Part shown: positions 48,712 to 58,231 of the stretch, piece after piece
Numbering within the stretch: position 1 is the first letter of the stretch
How the letters are laid out: each line of letters begins with the position of its first letter
Assembly (NCBI GenBank): GCA_041649175.1
Contig: JBAZNR010000002.1
Span: 257,766 to 321,765 of the forward strand
From: Candidatus Omnitrophota bacterium
GTDB taxonomy: Bacteria > Omnitrophota > Gorgyraeia > Zapsychrales > JBAZNR01
Length of the DNA: 64,000 nucleotides
Direction of reading: 5' to 3'
The notes under the pieces: generated by a model
Database searches by the model: none
What the model saw: the letters and a program-made list of their open reading frames with translations, nothing else
What the model was told of the DNA's origin: nothing
Made by a program: the position numbers and the translations under genes

Positions 48712-49534
48712 AAGAAACGTCCACAAGAATGATTTCGGCCATGTGCTTATTTTAGCCGGATCAAAGCAGATGCTGGGCGCGGCGGCCCTTTGCGCTTTAT
48801 CGGCTATGCGCGCCGGAGCAGGGCTTGCAACGATCGGAATTCCAAAAAGCCTGAATTTAACTCTTCAGAAGAAAATCTCTCCCGTCATTATGACTTGGTC
48901 GCTTCCGGAAACAAAAGAGCAAACACTCTCATTCAAGGCTTATCCGGCTATCAAAAAAAGGCTGAACTCATTTGATTGTGTCGCCATCGGGCCCGGTTTA
49001 TCGACAAACACGCAAACACAAAAACTCATCCGAAAAATTATCACAACTGCCGATAAGCCTTTAGTTATTGATGCCGACGCGTTAAACGCGCTCGCCAAAG
49101 ATCTCAAGGTGCTTTTAAAAAATCCTTCCGAGAAAGTTTTAACACCGCACCCGGGTGAAATGGCGCGATTAACCGGGCTTTCCAAAAAAATGATCGAGAA
49201 CTCTGGGCTGAAAATTGCGCAGCAATTTTCCGCCCAATATCACTGCATCCTCCTATTAAAGGGAAGCCGCACCATTGTTGCCGCGCCAAACGGAAAAACT
49301 TATATCAATAAAACCGGAAATCCCGGTATGGCAACAGCCGGAAGCGGAGATGTCTTGACCGGAATGATCGCCGCGTTTTTGGCGCAGGGAATTCCGGCAT
49401 TTGACGCGGCCAAGCTTGGCGCTTATCTGCATGGCAAAGCGGGAGATATCGCGGCACGAAAAAAAACCCGCCTTGCGCTTATTGCCACGGATATCATTGA
49501 TGAAATTCCTAAGGTCATAAAATTCTCTTCGTAG
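48680..49534 (+). CDS. nnrD: ADP-dependent NAD(P)H-hydrate dehydratase (YjeF C-terminal / Nnr2 domain)
   Basis: 284 aa. …DFGHVLILAGS…, GPGL…, TPHPGEMARL, GNPGMATAGSGDVLTG. Confidence 0.75.
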   Translation: MRLPAPLLRTKRNVHKNDFGHVLILAGSKQMLGAAALCALSAMRAGAGLATIGIPKSLNLTLQKKISPVIMTWSLPETKEQTLSFKAYPAIKKRLNSFDCVAIGPGLSTNTQTQKLIRKIITTADKPLVIDADALNALAKDLKVLLKNPSEKVLTPHPGEMARLTGLSKKMIENSGLKIAQQFSAQYHCILLLKGSRTIVAAPNGKTYINKTGNPGMATAGSGDVLTGMIAAFLAQGIPAFDAAKLGAYLHGKAGDIAARKKTRLALIATDIIDEIPKVIKFSS

Positions 49535-49715
49535 GAATTGGCCATTTGGCATTTATTTGACATTAGTAATTTGGAATTCAAATTAGGCAGCCTTGTTTTT
49601 ATTATTGCCCTTAACGTCGTCGCCTGTTATACTTAACCCGTCTTAAACGTATTTGAAAAAACGACTCCTGACTTCACTTTGCCTACTCGTTTAATTTTTA
49701 AGCTTCCTATCATTC

Positions 49716-52700
49716 ATGCTTAAAAAAATCATTCTCTTAAGCCTTCTCCTTCTAACACTCGTTAGCTCTCCTCTCTTTGCCGATACCATTATTTCTTCCA
49801 ATATTGCCGGAAATACAACTTGGACGCTAGCCAATAGCCCTTATATTGTTACAGGAGATATTCAAGTCGCCTACGAAGGCCCCTGGTATTGGGGTGCCCG
49901 AGCCGTCCTCACAATACAACCAGGTGTTCTGGTCAAATTTGAACCAGGTGCCGGTCTGGTCATCGGAAACGGAGCGGCAGGTGGCCTTCAAGCGGTGGGT
50001 ACAACCGAGCAACCTATCACGTTTACTTCCAATGCCGCTACTCCCGCACCAGGAGATTGGAAAGGGATTTATTTTCACAACAATACCGTCCAAACCAATC
50101 TTGATCATACAATAGTCGAATATGGCGGCCATACCAACAACGCCAATCTCTACTTTGAAGGAACGTCTCCTCCTGTTATCAATTCGACTATCCGCTTTAG
50201 TAGCGGTGACGGTATTTATGCCAACGACACCTCTGTTCCTGCTTTAAGCAATCTCGCCATTAACGATAATACGTTTTATCCCGTCAATATTCATGCCACG
50301 ACTGTTGACAGTCTTGGCCTGTTAAGCGCTTCCGGAAATGGGCAGGGAGATATAGTGAAGTTACGAAGCACTGGCACAATAGGCGCAAGTACCGCTTGGC
50401 CATACACATCAATTCCTTATCTTGTCGCCTCCGACATTGAAGTCGCTTACATAGGTCCGTGGTATAACGGCGCCAGGGCTGTCCTGACAATACAACCCGG
50501 CGTCACCGTAAAGTTTGACCCCGGTGCCGGCTTGTTTATGGGGATCAACAATGCGGGAGGGCTTCAGGCTGTGGGTACAACCGAGCAGCCTATCACGTTT
50601 ACTTCCAATGCCGCTACTCCAACTCCCGGAGACTGGAAGGGGCTTTATTTTGGGACCGGCACCGTGCAGACCAATCTTGACCATACGATAGTTGAATACG
50701 GCGGCAATACCAATAACGCCAATGTGTATTTTAACGGCACCTCTCCTTTGATGACAAACTCGACGATCCGCTCGGGCAGTGGTGACGGTATTTATGCCAA
50801 CGACACCTCTGTTCCTGCTTTAAGCAATCTTACCATTAACGACAATGCGTTTTATCCCGTCAATATTCATGCCACGACTGTTGATAGTCTTGGCCTGTTA
50901 AGCGCTTCCGGGAATGGACAGGGAGATATAGTGAAGTTACGAAGCGCTGGCACAATAGGCGCCAGCACCCCTTGGCCTTACACATCAATTCCATATCTTG
51001 TCACCTCCGACATTGAAGTCGCTTACATAGGTCCGTGGTATAACGGCGCCAGAGCTGTCCTGACAATACAACCAGGTGTTACCGTAAAGTTTGATCCCGG
51101 TGCCGGTTTATTCATAGGAGGCGGCCACGATGGCGGACTTCAAGCGGTGGGCACAGCCGAGCAACCTATCACATTTACGTCCAATGCCGTAACCCCCGCG
51201 CCAGGAGACTGGAAGGGAATTTATTTTCAAAGCAACACTGTCCAGACCAATCTCGATCATACGATAATTGAATACGGCGGCAATACAAATAACGCCAACA
51301 TCTATCTTAATGGTACTTTTTTTGCTATTACTAATTCGGTCATCCGTCTTGGCAGCGGTGACGGTATTTACGCCAGCGACGGTTCCGTTCCTGCTTTAAG
51401 CAATCTTACCATTGATGATAACGCGCTTTACCCTGTCAATATTCACGCCTCGAACGTTGACAGCCTTGGTCTGTTAAGCGCTTCCGGAAATGGGCAGGGA
51501 GATATGATAACGTTACGTAGTGCGGGCGCAATAGGCTCCAGTACCCTTTGGCCATACACATCAATTCCTTATCTTGTCACCTCCGACATTGAAGTCGCGT
51601 ACACAGGTCAGTGGTATTGGGGTGCCAGAGCCGTTCTCACAGTCCAACCGGGTATTACCGTTAAATTTGATCCGGGTGCCGGCCTGTTCATAGGAGTCAA
51701 CCATGATGGCGGGCTTCAGGCTATGGGCACAACCGAGCAGCCTATTACGTTTACTTCCAATGCCGCTACTCCCGCGCCGGGAGATTGGAAGGGGATTTAT
51801 TTTGGAACCGGCACCGTTGAGGCTAATCTTGTCCATGCGATAATTGAATACGGCGGCAATACCAACAACGCTAATCTCTACTTTAATGGCACATCTTTTC
51901 CTGTTGTCAACTCGACCATCCAATACAGCAGTGGTTATGGCATTTATCTCAATAACGCATCCTTGAACCTGAGCGCACTGACAATTCGCAATGGTTTAAA
52001 TGACGGAATTCATTTGAGCGGCGCCTCGGCTTTATCTCTTACCAATAGTGCTATTGAGAATAATTCAGGTGACGGCATTGAGCTAAATGAAACTTCAAGC
52101 CTGGCGCTGATGCATAGCGCAGTACAAAATAATTCCGGTTACGCCCTGAATTCCGCAAGCTCCCAATCCCTTAGCGCAAATTATTTGAATATCGCTTCCA
52201 ATGGCGGTGGCATAAATGCAACTGCTGGCAATATCAACGCTTCTTATGTTTGGTGGGAAGATGTCTTCGGCCCATCCGGCGCGGGACCGGGGACAGGGCA
52301 ATCGGTAAGTACCAACGTTACTTACGAGCCCTGGTGTGCCGAACCGGTCAATGACACTTTTTATTTTTCCAATGTCGCGCCATCTTTGCCACAGTTTAAT
52401 CAAAACAGTGACATCACAGTTTTACATGCACAGTTGGCCCAAAACGCGAATTGGCAAGCCACGATTAGAAATAGCGATTTGCAGGCAGTGAAGAATTTTT
52501 CCGGCGCAGGCAGCATCATTGACCAGCCTTGGGGCGGAGACGATAGCAATGATCAGCCGCTTCCCAACGGTACTTATTTTTATATGATTTCTGCGCAAAG
52601 CACGCAAAATCCCGAAACGACCACCTCTGTTGCCGGACGCATAACGCTTGATGACAGCCTGCCGCTTCATATCCTCAATAATTCAGTCTCGCAGCGGTTT

Positions 52701-53558
52701 TTCAAGCCGCGTCTTCACACCACGACATCCATTCAATACACTCTTCGGTTTAATGCCAATACCACCATTCAAATTAATAATTCGTCCGGAAACATTGTGC
52801 GCACACTGATCAACAGTGAACTTCGTTCAGCCGGAGATTACGCAGAAAACTGGAACGGCACCGATGACAACGGACAACTTTTACCCGATGGGATTTACAC
52901 CTACACCATTGATGCGCAGGCGATTATCGGAGGAGAGGCTCAATACAGCCCGCCACCCACCAGCGAGCATGTGCCCCTGACCAGCGTCACCTTCGCGCCT
53001 GAGCCGTTTTCGCCCGAGCGAGGAGAACGCCTGGCTATTAGCTATAATGTTGCAGTACCAGCAAAAGTAAAGTTTGGCATTAATTTCTGGGCATTTGCGT
53101 CGGACAAGCCCAGTGAAGGAACCGGCAATATCGTTTATTGGAACGGCCGCAACGACCAAGGACAATTTTCGGATTCGGTGCAGATCGTATCCCAGAGCTT
53201 ACGACTTCCAGAAAATTTCATCGCGATTGTCGATGACCGCACTCTAGATATTTCCGCGCTCACCACCGATCCCTATTTGATCAAACCAGTTTACAATGAA
53301 GTTACAACCATTACCTATACGATCAATGAGCCGGCGAGTGTCACGACAAAGATCATAAGTCAAAATGGAAGTCAAATCATAAGGGTTGCGGAAGAAAACG
53401 TTCAAAGAGAAGCCGGAACTTATTCGGTCATCTGGGACGGCAGGAGCACGTCAGGAGAAACTGTTACAACGCCGGCAGATTATCGGGTTCGCGTAGAAGC
53501 GATAGACAATTACGGAAAAATTACTATTCGGGATGGCAATATTCGAATTGCTTACTAG
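49716..53558 (+). CDS. large secreted right-handed parallel beta-helix protein with four ~190-aa tandem repeats and C-terminal FlgD-Ig-like domains
   Basis: 1280 aa. Signal peptide. Four near-identical units (…TSIPYLV[AT]SDIEVAYIGPWYNGARAVLTIQPGVTVKFDPGAGLF…QPITFTSNAATPAPGDWKGIYF…NLDHTI[IV]EYGGNTNNAN…). Then PbH1-type repeats (NNSGDGIELN…, NNSGYALNS…) and several ~90-aa Ig-like modules (…NGTYFYMISAQ, …DGIYTYTIDAQ…). Only 18 nt separate its stop from the Rhs start. Confidence 0.8.
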   Translation: MLKKIILLSLLLLTLVSSPLFADTIISSNIAGNTTWTLANSPYIVTGDIQVAYEGPWYWGARAVLTIQPGVLVKFEPGAGLVIGNGAAGGLQAVGTTEQPITFTSNAATPAPGDWKGIYFHNNTVQTNLDHTIVEYGGHTNNANLYFEGTSPPVINSTIRFSSGDGIYANDTSVPALSNLAINDNTFYPVNIHATTVDSLGLLSASGNGQGDIVKLRSTGTIGASTAWPYTSIPYLVASDIEVAYIGPWYNGARAVLTIQPGVTVKFDPGAGLFMGINNAGGLQAVGTTEQPITFTSNAATPTPGDWKGLYFGTGTVQTNLDHTIVEYGGNTNNANVYFNGTSPLMTNSTIRSGSGDGIYANDTSVPALSNLTINDNAFYPVNIHATTVDSLGLLSASGNGQGDIVKLRSAGTIGASTPWPYTSIPYLVTSDIEVAYIGPWYNGARAVLTIQPGVTVKFDPGAGLFIGGGHDGGLQAVGTAEQPITFTSNAVTPAPGDWKGIYFQSNTVQTNLDHTIIEYGGNTNNANIYLNGTFFAITNSVIRLGSGDGIYASDGSVPALSNLTIDDNALYPVNIHASNVDSLGLLSASGNGQGDMITLRSAGAIGSSTLWPYTSIPYLVTSDIEVAYTGQWYWGARAVLTVQPGITVKFDPGAGLFIGVNHDGGLQAMGTTEQPITFTSNAATPAPGDWKGIYFGTGTVEANLVHAIIEYGGNTNNANLYFNGTSFPVVNSTIQYSSGYGIYLNNASLNLSALTIRNGLNDGIHLSGASALSLTNSAIENNSGDGIELNETSSLALMHSAVQNNSGYALNSASSQSLSANYLNIASNGGGINATAGNINASYVWWEDVFGPSGAGPGTGQSVSTNVTYEPWCAEPVNDTFYFSNVAPSLPQFNQNSDITVLHAQLAQNANWQATIRNSDLQAVKNFSGAGSIIDQPWGGDDSNDQPLPNGTYFYMISAQSTQNPETTTSVAGRITLDDSLPLHILNNSVSQRFFKPRLHTTTSIQYTLRFNANTTIQINNSSGNIVRTLINSELRSAGDYAENWNGTDDNGQLLPDGIYTYTIDAQAIIGGEAQYSPPPTSEHVPLTSVTFAPEPFSPERGERLAISYNVAVPAKVKFGINFWAFASDKPSEGTGNIVYWNGRNDQGQFSDSVQIVSQSLRLPENFIAIVDDRTLDISALTTDPYLIKPVYNEVTTITYTINEPASVTTKIISQNGSQIIRVAEENVQREAGTYSVIWDGRSTSGETVTTPADYRVRVEAIDNYGKITIRDGNIRIAY
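49790..52000 (+). repeat. four in-frame tandem direct DNA repeats of about 575-580 bp inside the beta-helix gene
   Basis: Repeat landmarks (…tacttccaatgccgctactcc…, …ccttatcttgtc[gac]cctccgacattgaagtcgc…) recur with period ~580 nt at about 49840, 50415, 50995 and 51575. Copies are nearly identical at the DNA level. Confidence 0.8.
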
Positions 53559-53576
53559 CGCAATAACCAAGAAACC

Positions 53577-56500
53577 ATGAGCAATCTTTTTAAAAATATC
53601 ATTCTCAAATTTTCGCTAATAGTCGCACTGCTTTTCTGTGCCGTTCCGGCCGAGGCTACGAACGGGTTTTGCCACGACATGTGCTTTGGCGGCCCTGTTC
53701 AGCCCTGTGAGGTTGAAAATTGCTGGTGGTGCTGCGAAGTCATCACGACTGAATTTGACAACATCTATGACCCGGTCGACAGATATGGCAACTTGCAAAG
53801 CATGGAAAGCTTAACAGGAGAAACCTGCCCAAATACAAAGCCAGAAACGCCTATAAACCCTATTCATGGCAAAACCGACCCCGTCAACTTATCCAACGGC
53901 CAATTCTATTACAATTGCCACGATACGCAGATCCCGGGACGCGAAATCGACCTTGAAGCAACGCACATCTACAATAGCGGCTCGGCTTACAATGGCCCCT
54001 ACGGCTACGGCTGGACATTCAACTATCATATGCGCCTGCACGAACTCGCTAGCGGCGACGTCGCCATCACCACCGGCAACGGACGTAAACTTTCCTACAC
54101 CTATAATGGCTCGGTCTACGCGCCACCGACGGGGCGTTTTGAAGAATTACTTTCCAATCCCGATGGAAGCTGGACGCTTGTGCAAGCGCACGGCCAAAAA
54201 TATCAATTTGACGCGGATGGAAAACTTGTCCAGATCCAAAACCGCAATGATAATACCATCACATTATCTTATGAAGAAATCCGCCAGCCTATTTTTGGCT
54301 ACAGCCCTTTTGCCTTGGCTGTTGAGATCCAAGTCATGGTCGGCATTGATTGGCGCCTAACGCAAATCACCGATACAACCGGACGCGTTATCACGCTTAA
54401 CTATAACGCGAGCGGACTTTTGGAAACGATCATAGATGGCGCCAGGCAATACACCTTTACCTACGACTCCAACACCAATGATCTTTTAAGCATCACCAAG
54501 CCGGCCACAAACGAATTTCCCGAAGGAGTTACCCAGTCTTTTACCTACGATGCTGAGCACAATCTCGTTTCGATGACCGATGCCCGCGGGCAAGCCTTTG
54601 TTCAAAATATTTATAATACGGATGGGCGCGTGGAAGAACAGATCTTAGGAGGAAATACCATTTCCTTAAGCTACAACGGCAATCAAACCGTCCAAACCGA
54701 CCCCAACGGTAATGAAACCGTTTATACGTTCGACACCAACGGCCTCCTTTTAAGCCGGGAAGAACGCACCCGAGATTTACGCCCCGATGATCCGGATTCG
54801 TTCATAACCGCCTATGCGTATGACGCGTATCAAAACCAGATCGCGCAAACCTTACCCGGCGGTAACGGAGTTAAACTCACCTATGATACGGCCAATCCCA
54901 ATATCCGCTCCAAGGGAAATCTTTTGGAAGTTCGCCGCAAAGAGGATATGAGCCAACCCGATAATAATATCAACGATATCGTCGCCAACTTTAGCTATGA
55001 GCCCAATTTTAATTTTGTTCAAACGGCAACCGATCCTAATGGAAATACAATAAATTACACCTACGATTATCAGCTTTCCCCCGAAGACCCGCGTTACGGG
55101 GAAAACGGAAATTTAGCCGAAGTGGCGTATCCGGAAATTAGTGGCGAAACGCCGCGAGCGGCGTTTCGCCACAACCAATACGGCCAGGTCATTGAGGCGA
55201 CTGACCCTAACGGCAATACAACGCACTATGAATATTTCCCGCAAACCGGATATTTACAGCGCGTCATTGAAGACCCCAATGGCATTAACGCCGTCACCCA
55301 ATTCGCTTATGATGATTTTGGAAATCTATCTTCCGTCACCGATGGCAATAATCACACAACGGGCTTTCTCTATAATGAATTAGGCTGGCTGACGCGAGAA
55401 ACCGATGCGCTCGGGTTTCAAACTAAATATTTTTATGATGAAAACGGAAATTTGATCAGGACAGAAAGACAGACAGATGTGCAGGGAAATCAGTGGCAAA
55501 TCACGCGATCTACCTATGATATTTTAAACCGATTAACATCCATTACTGATCCTTTAAACCGTGTCACAAGTTTTGAATATGATCTAAATGGAAATCGGGC
55601 TTCCGTCACCGACGCGCTGGGACGGATTACCCATTACGATTATGATGAAAGAAACCTGCTTTGGAAGGCGACGGATGCTCAAAACGCGGTAACCGAGTAT
55701 TTTTATAACGCGAACGCAAAGCTATCGCGCATTGATGATGCCAATGACAATTCAACTATTTATGACCATGACGGGTTTGATAGATTAACGCATATGACGT
55801 ATGCGGATAACTCTTTTCATGAATATAGTTATGATAAGAATTCGAATATGACGGAAGATTTGACACCGAGCAATGCGGCGATCAGTTACGAATATGATGT
55901 TCTTAATAGACTGACCGCTAAACGCTATCCCCTAAACCCTAGTGACGATGTGGAATATGATTACGATTTGGGCTCGCGTCTTATTAGCGTACAGCGTATA
56001 GCAAATGGCGTAGCGTATGGATATGACGCGCTAAATAGAATTGTTTCTTCCGAACAAACGCTAAACGCTATACGCTATGCGCTCGGTTATGCGTACGATT
56101 TAGCGGGCAACCGTATAGGCGTTGATTATCCATCCGGACAGAGGATAGGATATGGATATGATGCGTTAAATAGAATCAGCCAAATATTTGATAATGGAAC
56201 TTTGCTGGGAAGTTATGGCTACGATGTGTTGGGCCGCCGTACGAAAAAATCTCTACTCGGAGGCGGCCCTACCGGCATCGGCCCGCAAAAAACCACTTCC
56301 TATTCCTACGATCTTGCCGATCAATTGGTTAAACTGGATAACTCGATACCAACGACAAGCACTGTTCCCGACGCCGGAATTATTTCACAATTAAGTTATG
56401 GATATGACTTGGCGGGGAACCGCACTGCGAAAAAAACACTCTCCGTAAGAACAGATCCGAATGGGACAGGTAATACACCGCATTTTACTTCAACGACGTT

Positions 56501-57791
56501 AAAAGAAATCTACAGCTACGATCCAACCTATCAAATCATTGGCTTTGATATTTCTACGGAAGCTTCCGTCACCCATCACAGCTTTGCTTATGATCTTCTT
56601 GGAAATCGTACTCAAGCGGATGATATTACATATCAATCGAACAGCTTAAATCAATATACGAGTGTTGATGGGGAAGTTTATGCGTATGACGGTAACGGGA
56701 ACTTAACTGATGACGGGAATAATACCTATTCCTATGACAGTGAAAACAGACTTTTGTCTTCAGTCTTTAGTCTTGGGTCTTTGGTCTACGAATATGATGG
56801 TTTAGGCCGCCGGATAAGTAAAAACATCGGCGGCCGTCTCACTTACTTCATTTACGACGGTGACCGTATTATTGAAGAAAGAAGCGATAGCGGTTCTTTA
56901 CTTGCTTCTTATGTTTATGGAAGCGGCCTCGATGAAGTTCTAACAATGAATCGCAATAATCAGAATTATTTCTATTTTCAAGATGGGCTTGGTAGCACCT
57001 CTGAGATCACAAACAGTAATGGACAAGTTCTCGAAAGCTATGCTTATGACGTGTACGGAGCACCTACGATTCGAGATACTGACAACAGAATAGCTCCTTC
57101 CAGTGTTATTGGTAATCCTTTCATGTTTACGGGTCAAGAGTATGACAGCGAAACCGGAAACTATCATTACAATGCCAGGGCTTACCATCCTCTTACCGGA
57201 CGATTCCATCAAAGAGATCCGCTGGGCAATATTGATAGCGAAAACTTGTATACATACGTCCTCAATAATCCAATAAATTTAATTGATCCTTATGGAGAAT
57301 TAACGTTTCCTGGTATCGGATGGGTTGACGTGGGAGAAAAAGCAGGGCGATCAGCATTAAATTATTGGGCGTCTCGGGCTGCTCTTGCTCGTAATCCATT
57401 TGAAGGTGGATTGTATAATACATTGGGCTTCTTTTCGGCACTTTGGACACCATGTACGAGTGATGCTACTTTTACAGTTCTTGGTTTGGCGACTGGAGTG
57501 AATGCTTATGGAAAATCACCAGCTTATTGGCAATATTATCCAAAAGGAAATCCCAAATATGCCTCACCGTGGTTAACAAAAGGTACAAAATTTAGCCCAC
57601 CTTATAAGACAGGAGCAGGGGCTCAAAAAGCATTGAATTTGCCACCGCACAACCCTGGAACCGCTGTAAGACCTATGAGAATTGGGCCAGGGGAGCAAAT
57701 TGCAGGTCCACGAACACCGAGACCACAACCATGGAGAAACCTACCCGGAGAAGGACAAGAATATTACAGAGGTTATAATTTTCCTAATTAA
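53577..57791 (+). CDS. Rhs/YD-repeat polymorphic toxin with Sec signal peptide (WapA-like), Cys-rich N-terminal module and unrecognised C-terminal toxin domain
   Basis: 1404 aa. Signal peptide MSNLFKNIILKFSLIVALLFCAVPAEA. 8 Cys within about 30 aa (CHDMCFGGPVQPCEVENCWWCC). Dozens of YD repeats (YDxxGNL/YDALNRL). Rhs core end motif …YTYVLNNPINLIDPYGE. Then a ~165-aa C-terminal tail with no motif I recognise. Confidence 0.85.
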   Translation: MSNLFKNIILKFSLIVALLFCAVPAEATNGFCHDMCFGGPVQPCEVENCWWCCEVITTEFDNIYDPVDRYGNLQSMESLTGETCPNTKPETPINPIHGKTDPVNLSNGQFYYNCHDTQIPGREIDLEATHIYNSGSAYNGPYGYGWTFNYHMRLHELASGDVAITTGNGRKLSYTYNGSVYAPPTGRFEELLSNPDGSWTLVQAHGQKYQFDADGKLVQIQNRNDNTITLSYEEIRQPIFGYSPFALAVEIQVMVGIDWRLTQITDTTGRVITLNYNASGLLETIIDGARQYTFTYDSNTNDLLSITKPATNEFPEGVTQSFTYDAEHNLVSMTDARGQAFVQNIYNTDGRVEEQILGGNTISLSYNGNQTVQTDPNGNETVYTFDTNGLLLSREERTRDLRPDDPDSFITAYAYDAYQNQIAQTLPGGNGVKLTYDTANPNIRSKGNLLEVRRKEDMSQPDNNINDIVANFSYEPNFNFVQTATDPNGNTINYTYDYQLSPEDPRYGENGNLAEVAYPEISGETPRAAFRHNQYGQVIEATDPNGNTTHYEYFPQTGYLQRVIEDPNGINAVTQFAYDDFGNLSSVTDGNNHTTGFLYNELGWLTRETDALGFQTKYFYDENGNLIRTERQTDVQGNQWQITRSTYDILNRLTSITDPLNRVTSFEYDLNGNRASVTDALGRITHYDYDERNLLWKATDAQNAVTEYFYNANAKLSRIDDANDNSTIYDHDGFDRLTHMTYADNSFHEYSYDKNSNMTEDLTPSNAAISYEYDVLNRLTAKRYPLNPSDDVEYDYDLGSRLISVQRIANGVAYGYDALNRIVSSEQTLNAIRYALGYAYDLAGNRIGVDYPSGQRIGYGYDALNRISQIFDNGTLLGSYGYDVLGRRTKKSLLGGGPTGIGPQKTTSYSYDLADQLVKLDNSIPTTSTVPDAGIISQLSYGYDLAGNRTAKKTLSVRTDPNGTGNTPHFTSTTLKEIYSYDPTYQIIGFDISTEASVTHHSFAYDLLGNRTQADDITYQSNSLNQYTSVDGEVYAYDGNGNLTDDGNNTYSYDSENRLLSSVFSLGSLVYEYDGLGRRISKNIGGRLTYFIYDGDRIIEERSDSGSLLASYVYGSGLDEVLTMNRNNQNYFYFQDGLGSTSEITNSNGQVLESYAYDVYGAPTIRDTDNRIAPSSVIGNPFMFTGQEYDSETGNYHYNARAYHPLTGRFHQRDPLGNIDSENLYTYVLNNPINLIDPYGELTFPGIGWVDVGEKAGRSALNYWASRAALARNPFEGGLYNTLGFFSALWTPCTSDATFTVLGLATGVNAYGKSPAYWQYYPKGNPKYASPWLTKGTKFSPPYKTGAGAQKALNLPPHNPGTAVRPMRIGPGEQIAGPRTPRPQPWRNLPGEGQEYYRGYNFPN

Positions 57792-57803
57792 AGGAGGGAA
57801 CGA

Positions 57804-58031
57804 GTGCTTATAGTAAGAAAATTAAATAATTTTAACAAAGTTGCTAATAAAGTAACTCTGGCTGAACTTAAAAAATACATACTTCCTGATGGCGATTATG
57901 CTGTTGAGCTGTTTGAGGACGAGAAAGTAATACATTTAAATATTCCTCATGGCAATATTTATTCAGAGTGCAACGAGAAAGAATGGAAAGAAGTCTTAGG
58001 GGGTTTAAGAAAATTAGGGTTAGAATTTTAG
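57804..58031 (+). CDS. small protein immediately downstream of the Rhs toxin; candidate cognate immunity protein
   Basis: 75 aa. GTG start 6 nt after an AGGAGGG RBS and 12 nt after the Rhs stop. AT-rich like the toxin C-terminal region. No recognisable domain. Confidence 0.45.
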   Translation: MLIVRKLNNFNKVANKVTLAELKKYILPDGDYAVELFEDEKVIHLNIPHGNIYSECNEKEWKEVLGGLRKLGLEF

Positions 58032-58069
58032 AAAACAGAAAACGGGACAGGTTAGAATTCCAATCATCT

Positions 58070-58111
58070 CATTTGTGTTGTTGGTAAACCAGTTTCCCAA
58101 CAACACAAATG
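58070..58111 (+). terminator. perfect 15-bp inverted repeat (catttgtgttgttgg / ccaacaacacaaatg) with 12-nt loop, downstream of the immunity gene
   Basis: Seen directly. Followed by a T-rich but interrupted tract (ttgcttgttcagttctg). Two further short hairpins follow, at about 58172-58194 and 58201-58220. Confidence 0.4.
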
Positions 58112-58231
58112 TTGCTTGTTCAGTTCTGCCCCTTATCGTACTAAATCCAATAATTAACGGGGCATTGGCTGATTAAAAACCAATCAGCCATCCCGCCAAA
58201 AGCGGCGGGATAACTTTCTTCGAAATTTATT

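Noticed and set aside
49790-52000. Possible CRISPR-like or non-coding tandem repeat array
   Set aside because: The ~580-bp repeats are in-frame coding repeats of a single 1280-aa ORF with protein-level periodicity. No short repeat-spacer structure and no cas genes anywhere in the window.
53866-54360. 164-aa plus-strand ORF in an alternative frame inside the Rhs gene
   Set aside because: Out of frame with a 1404-aa ORF that shows continuous YD-repeat homology. Low-complexity Thr/Ala/Ser-rich translation.
53577-57791. Rhs as a T6SS effector
   Set aside because: No PAAR, VgrG, Hcp or T6SS core genes in the window. The Rhs protein carries a Sec signal peptide, which fits WapA-like Sec-dependent delivery better. 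The window is only 64 kb, so T6SS elsewhere cannot be excluded.
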